Shown here: piece after piece, positions 1 to 14,139 of the stretch | How positions within the stretch are numbered: position 1 is the stretch's first letter | Layout of the letters: the number at the start of each line of letters is the position of its first letter | DNA from: Octopus vulgaris | Lineage: Eukaryota | Direction: 5' to 3' | NCBI GenBank assembly: GCA_951406725.2 | Contig: OX597824.1 | Location: 89,342,001 to 89,406,000 of the forward strand | DNA: 64,000 bases | Notes under the pieces: generated by a model | What the model saw: only the letters and a program-made list of their open reading frames with translations | The model's database searches: none | Told to the model about the DNA's origin: nothing | Program-made: the position numbers and the translations under genes

Positions 1-357
1 TATATACATAGTTTACGGTGGTGTTTTATTGTCATTGGCAGCTATTTTTTTTCTGTGTCGGTGAAAGTTTTTTTCTGAATACTTTCATATCATTATGTAT
101 ACTGGCCCAAAAGTAGGTTTACAGTTATTCAACTATCTCTTTCGTATTTATATATCAACAGTTTAGATCTTAATAATTAAAAAAAAAATGGAACCATTAT
201 TCTATGCTAATTTAGTTAATTTTGTCAAGCTCCCTTTTCAGTTTGTAAGATAGAAATTTAAATGTAATAGCATGCTTTATTAGAAATTTAAAGTGCCTAC
301 GTGATAACTGTAAATCTATTTTTGGGGCCACCCTTCATATATATATATATATATATA

Positions 358-543
358 GGGAGAGTTTACGAAAAAAGACGAAGACAGGTGGTGTACAAAA
401 CAAACAGATGTGTTAGTATAACGCTCAGGTATCGAAAAAGTCTTTTACATTTCGAGCCTACGCTCTTCTACAGAAAGGGACACAGAAAAAACAAGGAAGA
501 AACAAGGAGAGAGAAAAAGCAGAGAAAAAAAAACAATGAAGAA

Positions 544-547
<4 letters not shown>
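358..547 (-). mobile_element. Short (TA)n-flanked element, family P1, with hammerhead-like motif (Penelope-like pLTR derivative)
   Basis: Homologous to 5645-5832, 19215-19350, 56176-56352, 60492-60693. Minus strand 442-477 reads cttt-CTGTAGA-A-GAGC-GTAG-GCTC-GAAA-TG-TA-aaag. Confidence 0.75.
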
Positions 548-629
<82 letters not shown>

Positions 630-879
630 ACACACACACATAAGGATAGGCATATCAGAAAACTAAGCTATTTCGGTTGATAACCTCTACACGTTTACGA
701 ATTTGTGTCGCAAGATTCCTGATGTGAAATCGTGTGTTGAAACAAATTTTCTTGTATTTCGGGACGGTCATTTCGCCAAGTAAACACACGCACTGGGAAT
801 ACTCATTTAAATAAAAGAGTTGGGAACCCACTGTGAAAAGGATGGGAACCGCTGCATTACAATATTATAGATATTAAGT

Positions 880-1095
880 ATTAGGTTGTCCGGAAAGTTC
901 AGAATGTTTTTAAGCTAAATCTTTTAAGGCCACATTGAACACACCTGAAACGTAACTTACTTGAAATGGTTGTGTATCTATTCTTTTTTTTTCATGACTA
1001 AAAATAAATTTATCTTACATTCCAGCTACCTTTTATTGACATTTGAAATGGATAACCAACAATTTCATTTTCGTGTTGTAATGTTTTTCTTTAAA
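880..1095 (+). mobile_element. Mariner-like DNA transposon 5' remnant
   Basis: Begins TA|TTAGGTTGTCCGGAAAGTTC (mariner-type TIR); ATG near 1047 gives MDNQQFHFRVVMFF, resembling mariner transposase N-termini; then lost. Confidence 0.55.
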
Positions 1096-1845
1096 AAACA
1101 AAAAAAATTTTTTTTATGACTAAATGCAAGGGAAATAATTGTGATATTTAAATTGAATTAATTACATACAAGTTATCTCCCATGAAAATTTAATTTTCTC
1201 GTTTCCTTCGACCTGTTTCTCTTAAAGGCAACGAACTAATCTTCATGGCGCAGACCCGGAATACGATTTCTTAATTACTCGAAAACCAGTGATTGCCTGA
1301 TAGTATTCAAATCTTCTTTCTCAGCGCCACTGATATCCTCCAAAAGAGCTTTACCACTTTCTGCTAATAAAACTGGAACACGAAGAGCTTGAACATATAC
1401 GACGCTCTACCAGCTGCGCCAGTCCATTACTCTTGTTAGGTGTGAGGGTATTTCGTCTACCGAAATAGCAGCCAAATCATAATTTTAACTAGGTATCGTC
1501 CTATATATAATGTAGTCGTACATATCTGCAAAACAACGAGATAGAGACACGTGGAACACCAACGTTTCCAGTGCAGTGACAAGACAAAATTGTTTAAGAA
1601 CTGAAAGGGTCGCAGTAAAAGAAAAACAAAATGGTATTATTTACTTCAGTGTATGATACCTTTTCAGTCAGACACCCGTTATTTAAAACAATTATAAGAA
1701 AAAAATCCCTGCATTTTACGCAGGATTCCAGCAGATCCTTGCAATATAATAGCGAGTGGTTTAATGGGAAATAACCATGTGTGTACTAGATAAGCATGTG
1801 ACAGAGTTATCTCCCATGTACAATTGGGCACGCCGAGCCTTTTGA

Positions 1846-2071
1846 CGGTGGCAGAAACGTTAGCACGCCGGACGAAATGCTTTGCGGTATTTCGTCTGCC
1901 GTTACGTTGTGAGTTCAAATTCCGCCGAGGTCGGCTTTGCCTTTCATCCTTTCGGGGTCGATAAATTAAGCATCAGTTACGCAATGGGGTCGATGTAATC
2001 GACTTAATACTATGTCTGTCCTTGTTTGTCCCCTCTCTGTTTTTAGCCCCTTGTGGGTAGTAAAGAAATAG
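1846..2071 (+). mobile_element. tRNA-derived SINE, family B (Meta/MESC-like central domain)
   Basis: A box TGGCAGAAACGTTAG, B box GAGTTCAAATTCC, central CCTTTCATCCTTTCGGGGTCGATAAATTAAG; more than 10 related copies in the window. Confidence 0.9.
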
Positions 2072-2118
2072 GTATCACACAACTTCTGGAACATTCAATT
2101 ACGAGATTATTTTTTATT

Positions 2119-2513
2119 ACCCTCCATCAGACACCTACCATATTCTGAGCGCCTTGTTTCCCTGGGCATGGATTCACTGAAGCTCCGGCGTCTGGCGACG
2201 GACTTGGTAAACACCCACAAAGTTGTCAACCACCTCACCAATAACAACACTGAACACCTTTTTGATCTCCATGTGTCTAACACACGTGGACATGCCTACA
2301 AAGTCAGAAAACAACACAGCTCCCATGACTTTCGGAAACATTTCTTCACACTCAGAGTTGCTGAAGCATGGAATAAACTGCCTGCGTCAGTTGTTGACTG
2401 CCATGACACTGCATCCTTTAAGGCCCTCATGCTTTCCGAAATCCGTCGAAACTACACCTGATTATATATACACTTTCGATGAGTTGTAGTGCACCTGAGC
2501 ACTGTACACAATG

Positions 2514-2595
<82 letters not shown>
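2119..2595 (+). mobile_element. CR1-type LINE 3' end, 5'-truncated, with (ATT)n tail
   Basis: ORF 2168-2461 has SLKLRRLATDL...TRGHAYK...RKHFFTLRVAEAWNKLP, the typical CR1 ORF2 C-terminus; short 3' UTR, then (ATT)n 2514-2595. Confidence 0.9.
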
Positions 2596-2596
<1 letters not shown>

Positions 2597-2869
2597 ATTA
2601 TATTTCTATAACTAATCATTGTTCAACTTGACTTGTCATTTCAGGTGATTAGTTATGCGCTCAAAGTTAGCTTCCTTACGAACCGGAGTTCCAAAACCCT
2701 GCATTTCTTTTTGTAAAGTCGTATTAAACCAATGGTTTTCAGTTGCGCCCAATGTGGACCCTGATGGTCCAGAGAAGAGTTTGTTAAAAGATATCTGCAA
2801 TAAAATCGGTCACACTTATACAGTACATGAAATATTTTAACTATTATTTTATACAATTCAAAAGAATAT

Positions 2870-2920
<51 letters not shown>

Positions 2921-2986
2921 CAAATGTATGTATGTATATATGTATGTATGTATATATGTATGTATGTATGTATGTATATATATATT

Positions 2987-3022
<36 letters not shown>

Positions 3023-3038
3023 CATATATATATACATA

Positions 3039-3087
<49 letters not shown>

Positions 3088-3112
3088 TATTTCGGGATGG
3101 TAATTTTTTTAA

Positions 3113-3231
<119 letters not shown>

Positions 3232-3764
3232 AACAAGCAAACACAGGCGCATGCGCATATAAGGATACACATCATGGAAGAACAAAATGGCATAAGCAGA
3301 TCGAGAACACACAGAGAAACGGAAAGTATCGCTGAGGAGGTCACAGGCGTGTAACAAAAGATTTCCGCTCAATCGACATTAGTTAGAATAAGAACGGTAA
3401 TAATCGAGTGAAGAACGAGTATACACTGCGTGTGTTTATTTGGCAAAAAAAAATAATTAAATGACCTTCCCAAAATACAACAATATTTGTTTCAACACAC
3501 GATTTCCCATCAGGAATCTTGCAACACAAATTCGTAAACGTGTAGAGGTTGTCAGCCGAAATAGCTTAGTTTTTTCTGATAATTCCTTTTTTTTTTCTTT
3601 TTCTTTCTTTTTACTATTTCCATTTAAAAAGACTTGTCAGTCCGCTTCAGTCTCCCTTCTAGAAATACCAGTCAAATCTACAACTGGCTCTTGTTGAGAT
3701 ATATACGACTATTTCTAGCGTCTCTATTTTCCACAGTCACAAATACGTGAACACAATGAACAAA

Positions 3765-3855
<91 letters not shown>

Positions 3856-3871
3856 TAATAATAATAATAAT

Positions 3872-4400
3872 GTTGTCTCCAAGTGCAGTTTTCTAGCGCC
3901 TACAGAGTATCTCAACAAGCATGACAGAACTGCACAATATATTCACTGGGTAATTTGCAAAAACCTGGATTTGCCACCCCATGAAAAAAACTGGTGGGAA
4001 CACAAACCACCTCCAGTGCTTGAAAATGACCACATCTCACTCCTCTGGAACTTCACCATTCAAACTGACAGAAAGATAGATGCAAATAGGCCAGACATCA
4101 TATTGAAAGACTTCAGACAAAGAACATGCCTCCTCATTGATATGACTGTCCCAATCGATATAAATGTAGCTGTCAAGACCTACCAAAAACTGAGCAAGTA
4201 TAAAGATCTTGAAATAGAAATTAGCAAAACGTGGAACTTGAAGACTAAAACAATACCTGTTGTCATAAATGCCCTGAGAATGATAGCAAAAGGGGCTGAT
4301 TGCTATCTAGCTCAGATACCAGGAAACCCCAAAATGGCAGAAATTCAAAAGATAGTGTTCGTGGGAACTGCTCATATCCTATGCAACATACTTTCTAAAT
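3872..4400 (+). mobile_element. R4/Dong-type non-LTR retrotransposon 3' fragment (restriction-like endonuclease domain)
   Basis: C..LA..EY..KHD, LLWNFTIQTDRKIDANRPDIIL...CLLIDMTVP...KLSKYKDL (RHD and PD..D..K RLE motifs); starts directly after (AAT)n 3765-3871. Confidence 0.88.
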
Positions 4401-4459
4401 TTTCACCATCTTTGAATGTGGGTGTGCGTGTGTGTATGTGTGTGTGTGTGTGTATGTGT

Positions 4460-4507
<48 letters not shown>

Positions 4508-4815
4508 GTGTGTGTATGAGTGGATAGAGAAGAGACGAAGATATGAGGTGGGAGAGAGAAAATGAAAGACGAAAAGAGATACACACATATATACACACAC
4601 ATGGCGCACATATATATATATATACACACACGTACATACATGCATACAAACATGCACACACACACTCATACCTTTTGAGCTCATGTTTATTCTAAATCTG
4701 TATATTTTATCGTTGTTGTTGTTGTTCTTTTGATGATTATGATGATGACAACGACGACGACGACGACGATGATGATGATGATGATGATGATGATGACGAC
4801 GACGACGACGACGAC

Positions 4816-4868
<53 letters not shown>

Positions 4869-5571
4869 CAACGTGGAGGAGGAGGAGGAGGAGGGTGAGG
4901 ATGAGGATGAAAAAGAATAGGCAAAAGAATAAAAGGAATCCTTTTTAGCTGCATTTTAGTGTCATCATCATCCTCATCGACCTCTTCCCCTCAACCTCTT
5001 CCCCTTCACCTCTTCCTCCTCCTCCTCCTCTTCTTCCTATTTATCACAAACCACTTGTTGAGGCCTCCATTGTTTCCAGAACCTACTTATCAGCCTCCCA
5101 TACACTGTTCCGTCCACCCCCGCCCATCTTCTCACCTAATCCCGCACCGTTTGCCTCTCTCTTCTGTCTCAACCGTTTCCCGTCCTTCAAACTCCAAAAT
5201 GACATCATGACTCACCAACCACAACTCGGCCACTCCACAACTTACTTCGCAACAAACAATCCCCACGGCTCCGGTCGCCGATGGTGTTGGGAGATTTTGC
5301 TGAAGGAGGTCACAGATAACATAATTCTGTAAAGGATGTGCTGAATTACAATGAGATCGACCGACCAACCGACAGACAGACAGACCGGTAATGCATATAC
5401 ATACATATATACAGTACATGCACACACACATACATACATACATATGTGTGTATATATACATACATATATACATACACACATACATACATACATGCATACA
5501 TACATACATACATACATACATACATACATACATACATACATACATACATACATACATACATACATAACTCT

Positions 5572-5644
<73 letters not shown>

Positions 5645-5652
<8 letters not shown>

Positions 5653-5831
5653 ACGAAAAGAACAAAAGACGAAGACAGGTGGTGTATAAAACAAACAGAT
5701 GTATTTGTATAACGTTCAGGAATTGAAAAAGTCTTTTACGTTTCGAGTCTATGCTCTTCGACAGAAAAGGACACAGAAAAAAATAAGGGGAGAAAAAAAA
5801 ATGTGTGTAGTGGCTACCGATCTATCATGGC

Positions 5832-5832
<1 letters not shown>
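5645..5832 (-). mobile_element. Family P1 hammerhead-like element
   Basis: Homologous to 358-547; minus 5733-5769 ctttt-CTGTCGA-A-GAGC-ATAG-ACTC-GAAA-CG-TA-aaag; flanked by (GA)n/(TA)n. Confidence 0.75.
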
Positions 5833-5869
<37 letters not shown>

Positions 5870-6574
5870 AAAGGATGTATTATAATACTATTCCACATAT
5901 ACAAAAGCAGACATACCAACAATCCAACGTACCCTCATCATCAGCTGCCCCACGAATATCATTATGGTTTCGACACCTGGACAGTACCATTCAATCTGGC
6001 GGTGTCAACAGCACTAAAGTAAATCTAATACGTTATAATTTATAAGACTGTTTATACATATATATTGAGGAACTTTCTTTCAATATATTTGATAAAGCCA
6101 GTTGGCATCTGGACTGTTATTAACAATCCTTTTCGAGGAAATTATATCTTCAAAATTTGTATGTATAAAAAACTAAAATGTTTATTATTGCAATTGAATA
6201 GAAAAGGATAAATATGCTTTTTTTTTCAGTGATCCCCATTTGGAACTTTTTGAAAAATTTATCATAATTTCCAAAATAATTCACATATGAAGAAAATTAA
6301 ATACTATATATTATTTTAAGTCCTGAGACACCTGGTAAAGCCAAAAAATATGAATGAAAAAATTTGGCGGTTAATGGGTTAACCAGGAACGTGGGGTGCC
6401 TTGATCAACATAAATGGATGCTTCATTTTTATAGCAATCTCTCGTTTTAATTATTGTGGTTCATACTATTTAAAAAAATTATTACGCTTAATGAATTTAT
6501 TATTATTTTTGTTTAGCAGTGATATATGTACATATGGAAAATCTGTCAGTATTGAAAGTTACAAAAACAGCAGA

Positions 6575-6745
6575 AAGGGGCGTTACAGTATAGGGCCAAA
6601 GATCCCAACAACGCCATCAAGATACAGGACCAAACACTGTAACAGCTTGAGTATCAAGGGCCCACAGCTCTTCAATATCCTCTTAAAAGAAGCTGAGAGA
6701 CCTACATAGGATGGATGTATCTTCAAAACAAAACTGGATCTTCCT
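6575..6745 (+). mobile_element. Decayed CR1-type LINE ORF2 C-terminal fragment
   Basis: PKIPTTPSRYRTKHCNSLSIKGPQLFNIL then (frameshifted) FKTKLD; parallels GPALFNIVP...FKRSLD of the 14140-14586 element. Confidence 0.55.
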
Positions 6746-7532
6746 TTAAAAGTTGCTGGCCTTGTGCCAATATTTGAAATAATAATTATTGCGGAAAATG
6801 GGAAGAGCAACCGTATGCAAATCAAATTAAAAGAAAAATTTTAATTAAAGAATTTTTCAGTTCCTAAAATTTATTTTACCGTTTGCTACGATGGAATTTT
6901 GGGTGTCACAGAAGTAACAAAGGATTTTTCTTAAAGAATTTGTGTTTTATGGACCATTAACCAAGTTCTTTCGTCATTCAATTTTCTGCATGAAGAGTCT
7001 GACATGCAGATCCCTGGGAACCTTTCAAACCCTGCCAAAGATACGTGTGTGTATATGTACGTGTGCGGGTACGTGCGTACGTGTGTGTACATATAGGTGT
7101 GTAATTGTATGTATGTATGTATGTATGTATGTATGTATGTATGTATGCATGCATGTATATATGCATGCATGCATACATGTATGTATGTATGTATGCATGT
7201 ATTATGTATGCATATATGCATGCATGCATACATGTATATATGTATGCATGCATGTATATATGCATGCATACATGTATGTATGTATGGATGTATGTATGTA
7301 TGTATGTATGTATGTATGAATGTATGTATGTATGTATGTATGTATGCATGCACGTATACGCATATATTATGTAAATATGTGTGTTTGTGCGTGCGCATGC
7401 ATGCGCGTGTGTATGCATGAATGAATATATGTATGAACGCATCTATACAGGTATATATGTATTTATCTATAGATGTATGGAAGCGTGTATGTATGTATAT
7501 GTATGTATGCTTGTCTATATACATATACATAC

Positions 7533-7606
<74 letters not shown>

Positions 7607-7918
7607 CAATAAATGGTGGGGTTGTGTTGACCGCACGTGGAGAAATGACAGGCCAGGAAAAATTATAAAAAGGCAGAATGTTAAATTGAAGGTAAATTTT
7701 AATAAAAGTGGGTGTATGGAAAATGTTAAAAAGTTTTGCAAAAATATTAACTCTAACCGGTTTTCATTGCAATGCAAATTTTCAAGAATTGAAAGGTGAA
7801 AAGAAAATTTAGTTTAAATTGAGGAGGAGGAAAAAGAAATTTACATTGTTTTTTGCAAAAAAATAATAATAAACATATACAAAAAGTAAAAAATAGGTAT
7901 ACCGATACATTGTAAAGT

Positions 7919-7959
<41 letters not shown>

Positions 7960-8065
7960 ACAGAGTATATGCGAGTGTGTGTATGTCTCTTCATGTATGC
8001 ACATGAGAAAACATGGATGCTTTGCAAGTCCAGGTTCGTATGGTTTGACATACATACGTGTGTTC

Positions 8066-8110
<45 letters not shown>

Positions 8111-8849
8111 GGGTGCTAATACTTAATATATATATTTTAGTCATGACTCAAACAGACATGACTCGAAGAACAAATATACTAAACCCAAAATGATAACTAA
8201 GAGGAAATCTTTGTACATCAAATATATCTCTATTGTTGTGTCTTAGAAGAGTCATTATACATGCATGCATATATGTATAAATACGTACATACATATATAC
8301 ATACATTCATACATATATATATGTGGTGTGTGTGTGTTTCTATGTTTACACATCAACATTTGTACTTATTATAGTCTAAAAATGTAACACACCAAAATGT
8401 CTGACATATTTTCCCAGTGACTTTAACAATTTCATAATTCCTTAATTAGTAATGTTCCTTCTAGTTTTGTGAATCCCAGTTTCTGAAGCTGGGTGCTGCG
8501 GCGGTTATTTACATAACCAAGTGCTTTAATAATCACAGGTAGAGATCTAAAACTTTCGTCCAGCTGGAGTATCTACCTAAATCTCATCAGTTCGACATCA
8601 ATGTTTTCTTTTTCACTTACCTTTCAACATTAAATTAACATCTGCTGAATAAATGATTTCATCTCATCTCCATTTTTTGTTTTCTCGCTTCAGAGCCTTA
8701 TATTTGCTCGATTCTGTTTACGTTTTAAATAAGATTTTATCAGCAATATTCCACGAATATTCTTTTATATTATTATCGCATGTTATTCTCCCCATTTCTA
8801 CAAATTCTCATATTGGCATTTTCATAACGTTTATTTTTTTTTATCTGTT

Positions 8850-9022
8850 ACCTTTATTGCTTGTTTCAGTTACTGGAGTGCGGCCAAGCTGGGGCACTGC
8901 TGTGAGGGGTTTTAATCGAATATTTATTTTGCGAATGGTACTTATTCTGTTAAACCCCTTTTTGCCTAAGTCAAGGGAATGTAAACAAAACAACACTGGT
9001 TGCCAAAAAGTGAGGACATACA

Positions 9023-9084
<62 letters not shown>

Positions 9085-9270
9085 CGAATACACACATACG
9101 CACAAACACTAAGTACACAGATCAGATACATATAATTGACGGGCTTCCACACAGTTTTCGTCTATCAAATCCACTCACAAGGCTTTTGTCGGCCTGAGGC
9201 ACTTGCCCAAGGTGCCACGCAGTGGGACTGAACCGGGACCTACGTAGTTGCAAAACGAGTTTCTTAACTG
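8850..9270 (-). mobile_element. tRNA-derived SINE, family A (diverged, internal deletions)
   Basis: Shares GGCACCTTGGGCAAGT, GTGAGTGGATTTG and the 3' tail with 13255-13653. Confidence 0.75.
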
Positions 9271-9677
9271 CCATGCCTTCATTTTACTTTGCATGTCTGT
9301 CTGTCTGTCTTTGTATGCATGCATGTATGCATTATGTATGTATGTATTTATGTGTGTATGTGTATGTGTGTATGTATGCATGCATGCATGTAATTATGTG
9401 TTTATGTATGTGTATGTGTGTATGTATGTATGTATGCATGTATGTATGTGTGCGTGCATCGGTTAGCCTCTACCTGAAATTCCCTGGGCCTGTATTGTGA
9501 AAAACTGTGTGGCATTGAATCAACGTAAGAAGTGTGTTAAGAAGGGTCAGGGGTTTGTAGAATACGCCAAAGTGTTGCAAACGACACAAACTCCATAAAA
9601 CTTTCAGGAACATTGTTTTCTCTTGTGGAGTTGGCAGTAAACATCAGCTGTGATTGTTTCAGTATTAACAAATCGTA

Positions 9678-9893
9678 AGGCGACGGAGTTGGCAGAATCG
9701 TTAGCACGCTGGGCAAGATGCTTAGCGGCATATCCTCCGACTCTACGTTCTGAGTTCAAATTTTGCCGAGGTCGACTTTGCATTTCATCCTTTCGGGGTC
9801 GATAAAATAAGTACCGTTTGAGTACTGGCGTCGATGTATTCGCCTTACCCCCCCTCCCCCACGAAATTACTGGCCATGTGCCAAAATTTGAAA
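9678..9893 (+). mobile_element. SINE family B (alternative 3' tail)
   Basis: TGGCAGAATCGTTAG, GAGTTCAAATT, CATCCTTTCGGGGTCGATAAAATAAGTACC. Confidence 0.85.
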
Positions 9894-11022
9894 TCGTTCT
9901 TAACAAATTGTAACGGATAAATGCCGCCTTACATTGACATCATCTTTGGATGCCACTCCTCTCTCAGTGCCGTCGGAAACATTCACAACGGTGCCTAACA
10001 TTATAATAAAAGAATCATTCTTCATCTCCAGTGACACTTCTGTCCTTCTTCTCTTCCACTCCAAAGACATTTGTAACTGACGTGAACGCATTACCATACA
10101 GCAAAGCCACATCGTTAGCAATTTTCCGCGATTTTTCATGCAGGAACCATTTCCCAATTTTTTGGTAGTTTTCCAAGACTTTTCAAATAGTAATTATTAA
10201 GGGCCGCATTACCAACATCCAATTGCTCCTTAAGATTCCTGACAGTTATGGCGAAAATTTGCTGCAACAGTTTCTTCCTGTGATTCTGAATCGAGACCAA
10301 ATGGTTAAAACTTCCTTGGTTCTTCTTTTAGACTGATGTTGCTATTTCTAAAATAAGAAATTCCATCCTCAACAGCTTCATTCACCACAGAAAATGTTCT
10401 GAATGGCTATCACGGCTGCGTTCAGGAAACGCATATAAGGTGTTATGACAAATGTTTTCTTTGCTCGGATCACAGTTGGGGTCAGTTGGAAGTCTTTCCT
10501 TGAATAAAGTTCTTTGTATTCTGAAAGTAAACGAGATTTATTTATGTGGACGTGACAAACACAAAATAGGAAATCTAATTTTCAATACATACATACATAC
10601 ATACATACATACATACATACATACATACATACATACATACACATACATACATGCATACATAAATACATACATACATATATACATACATACATAATACAAA
10701 ATCTGCATATTTATATATATATATATATAACTATAAACATACACTCGTTCTATCTATAGATGTTTGCATTTGTTGGTTAACTGTTAAGCATTTATTATGA
10801 AGAGAACGGGCTGTGGACCTATTCACACACATACACACACGTATATGTATGTATGTATGTATGCATGTATGTATGTATATATATATATACATATATGTAT
10901 ATACTGTGTTTATATAGCTACATTATTTATAAACATATTGTACAGTCATTTTAAGCATATGGCATTCATCTTTGCCAAACTATGTCCAACGAAATACAGC
11001 GTGTTAGAGATATATATACATG

Positions 11023-11103
<81 letters not shown>

Positions 11104-11114
11104 ATATACATATG

Positions 11115-11190
<76 letters not shown>

Positions 11191-11249
11191 TATTCGCTTT
11201 GGTTACATTTATGGTAGCATTATAAACAACAATGTAACGCAGTTAGATT

Positions 11250-11570
11250 CTTTACAGTATGTTCCGACTGTTTTGGTTCTGAGTTCAAGTTACGACGAAG
11301 TCAACTTTTCATCTTCCAGGAGTCGATAAAATGAAGAACTAGCCGAGTGTTAGGATCAGGAGGATTGAATAAGCCCCTCCCTTCAAAACTACTAGCCTTG
11401 TACCTAAATTAGAAAGCATTGAAGACGGGAGCTGGCAGAATCGTCGGTGCGTCGAACAAATAGTGCTTTGCAGTATTTCTTCCCGTTCTTTACGTTCTGA
11501 GTTCAAATTTCGCCAGGTTACCTTCGTCTCTGATTCTTTCGGGGTCGATGATAAAATAAAGCAGCGGTCA
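11250..11570 (+). mobile_element. Two adjacent diverged SINE family B copies
   Basis: TTCTGAGTTCAA B box at about 11277 and 11496; GTCGAT central motif in both. Confidence 0.7.
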
Positions 11571-12049
11571 AATTGTTGGTCGTGTGTCCAATCCAGAAAA
11601 CCATTTGATGTGCTGCAGTGTGACCGAATATTTCGTCATAAAGTTAACACCTTGTCACCGTAAAAGCAGAACAGTTTCAGCGAATAGATGATTGATTGAT
11701 CGATCAGTTGACCGATTGATTGATTAATGATGATGACGACGACGCTGATGTTTCAGCTCGCACCTTGTTGTTGAGCTGGATTTCCTGATGAGGTTTGCAT
11801 CCCACGTTTGATACATGTTCATAGGGACGGTGGGGGGTGGGGTCTATTGTAGTTATTTATTTTTTTTTTACAAAATGGATCGCGCTCCTATCGTGTCCAC
11901 ATTACCATCGAACTGGGGAAAAAAATCAATCAGATCATTGGACGTAATATGACAGTTGGCTTTACTCTAAGTTGTCGTAGGTTACCATGTGATAAAAAGG
12001 GTAGGATCACTACTATCATCCTCACCACCACCACCACTGCCACCATCAC

Positions 12050-12102
<53 letters not shown>

Positions 12103-12187
12103 CCACCACCACCACCACCACCACCATCATCATCATCGTCATCATCGTCATCATCACCATCATCATCACCATCACCATCACCATCAC

Positions 12188-12234
<47 letters not shown>

Positions 12235-12254
12235 CCACCACCACCACCACCACC

Positions 12255-12323
<69 letters not shown>

Positions 12324-12324
12324 T

Positions 12325-12490
12325 TTCGCCCTAACTTTCTCTCACTTTCTCTTCCTGTTTCTTGAGCAGCGCTGCGATGGACTGGCGTCCCGTCCAGCTG
12401 TGGGGAACACATACGCCATAGAAACCAGGAAACCGGACCCATGAGCCTGGCTAGGCTTGAAAATGGGCGCATAGATAAATAAAAAATAAA
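12325..12490 (+). mobile_element. SINE 3' fragment with V-SINE-like domain
   Basis: CTGCGATGGACTGGCGTCCCGTCCAG resembles the V-domain; upstream AACTTTCTCTCACT..CTTCCTGTTTCT is shared with the 52276-52662 SINE; A-rich tail. Confidence 0.5.
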
Positions 12491-12969
12491 CAGAAATTAT
12501 AGTCCCCGGCCAAAAAAAAAACAGTGGAGGAAATTCCATTGGAAACAAATACGTTATGTTTATCAATTCCGGACAAATGAATGGCAAATCATGACCTTGG
12601 AATGATTTGCGTTCAGGGATGTTCAGAAAATTGGAAAAATGAAGAAAGGCATTTTGTTCGACGCTCTTATGATATTTCTTATCCACCGCTGCCGTAAACC
12701 AAATTTATGCCCTCATCCTTTAATATAGTTATAACAATAACATTAACAGAAGAAGGCGCCACCGAAATTTATAAGGAAATGGTAAATGGAGGCGGGCGGT
12801 GGGCGTGGATTGAAGGAAGTAAACGCAGGACGTCGATGTATGTGTGTGTATGTGTGTGTGTGTATGTATGTAGGTATGTGTGTGTGTATGAGTTTGGTGT
12901 TTGAAAATAAAGTCCCAATTGTCTCCGATAAAGACGAATTACTTTCACATGGAGAGGAACGAGTGTCAG

Positions 12970-13013
<44 letters not shown>

Positions 13014-13254
13014 AGAGAGAGGTCTTAGTGTGCTTGTCTGTATGTGTGCGTTGGCGTCTGAAATATATACTCGTGTGCGTGTGTGAGTGTAAGTATTTGT
13101 GTATGTACGTGTGTATGCGTGCATGTGTGTATGTGTATGTATGTATGTATGTATTATGTATGTATGTACTTATGTATTATGTATGTGTGTATCTATGTAA
13201 ACAAGATCGAGTGTGTATGTTTAAGTATACACAGACACACGGATATATATATAT

Positions 13255-13653
13255 ACTCTTACTCTTTTACTCTTTTACTTGTTTCAGTCATTTGACTGCG
13301 GCCATGCTGGAGCACCGCCTTTAATCGAGCAACTCGACCCCGGGACTTATTCTTTTGTAAGCCCAGTACTTATTCTATCGGTCTCTTTTGCCGAACCGCT
13401 AAGTGACGGGGACATAAACACACCAGCATCGGTTGTCAAGCAATGCTAGAGGGACAAACACACACACGCATATATATATATACATATATACGACGGGCTT
13501 CTTTCAGTTTCCATCTACAAAATCCACTCACAAGGCTTTGGTCGGCCCGAGGCTATAGTAGAATACACTTGCCCAAGGTGCCACACAGTGGGACTGAACC
13601 TGGAACCATGTGGTTGGTAAGCAAGCTACTTACCACACAGCCATTCCTGCGCC
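13255..13653 (-). mobile_element. Full-length SINE family A (about 400 bp)
   Basis: Minus strand GGCGCAGGAATGGCTGTGTGGTAAG (A box), GGTTCAGTCCC (B box), internal (TA/TG)n, tail GGCGGTGCTCCAGCATGGCCGCAGTCAAATGACTGAAAC(AAGAGTAA)n. Confidence 0.92.
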
Positions 13654-13713
13654 TATATATATATATATATACATTTATTTATATACATATAGATTTATAC
13701 AACCACCAATTTA

Positions 13714-13751
<38 letters not shown>

Positions 13752-14139
13752 TAGATAGATAGATAGATATATGTATATATATATATATATATATAGATAG
13801 ATATACATATATATATGTATATATATACATACATACATACATACATACATACATACATACCTACATCCATCCATACATACATACATATGTATGGATTGCT
13901 GAGTGTTTCAACGAAAAAATTTATTCAATTCTCAGATGTCTATATTCTATTAGAAGCAGAAGAGTCTTAAATCATAACCGAGTTTCACGTTGCCGATTCT
14001 TCAAACGACTGAACCAGGCCTGCAGCGTGACAAATTATTTGCAAATACGTCAGAATGTAATGTATTATATTTGATTACTATCGAAGAAGAGCTGTTAAAT
14101 CTCTAACACCTTCATGTAGTCAGCTACCATGCAGAATAT

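Noticed and set aside
1225-1400. Minus-strand peptide YVQALRVPVLLAESGKALLEDISGAEKEDLNTIRQSL, vaguely gag-like
   Set aside because: Short, contains stops downstream, no diagnostic motif; cannot be assigned without a search.
9900-10500. Complex non-repetitive stretch, possible exon or transposase relic
   Set aside because: No sustained ORF or motif recognised in the frames I examined.
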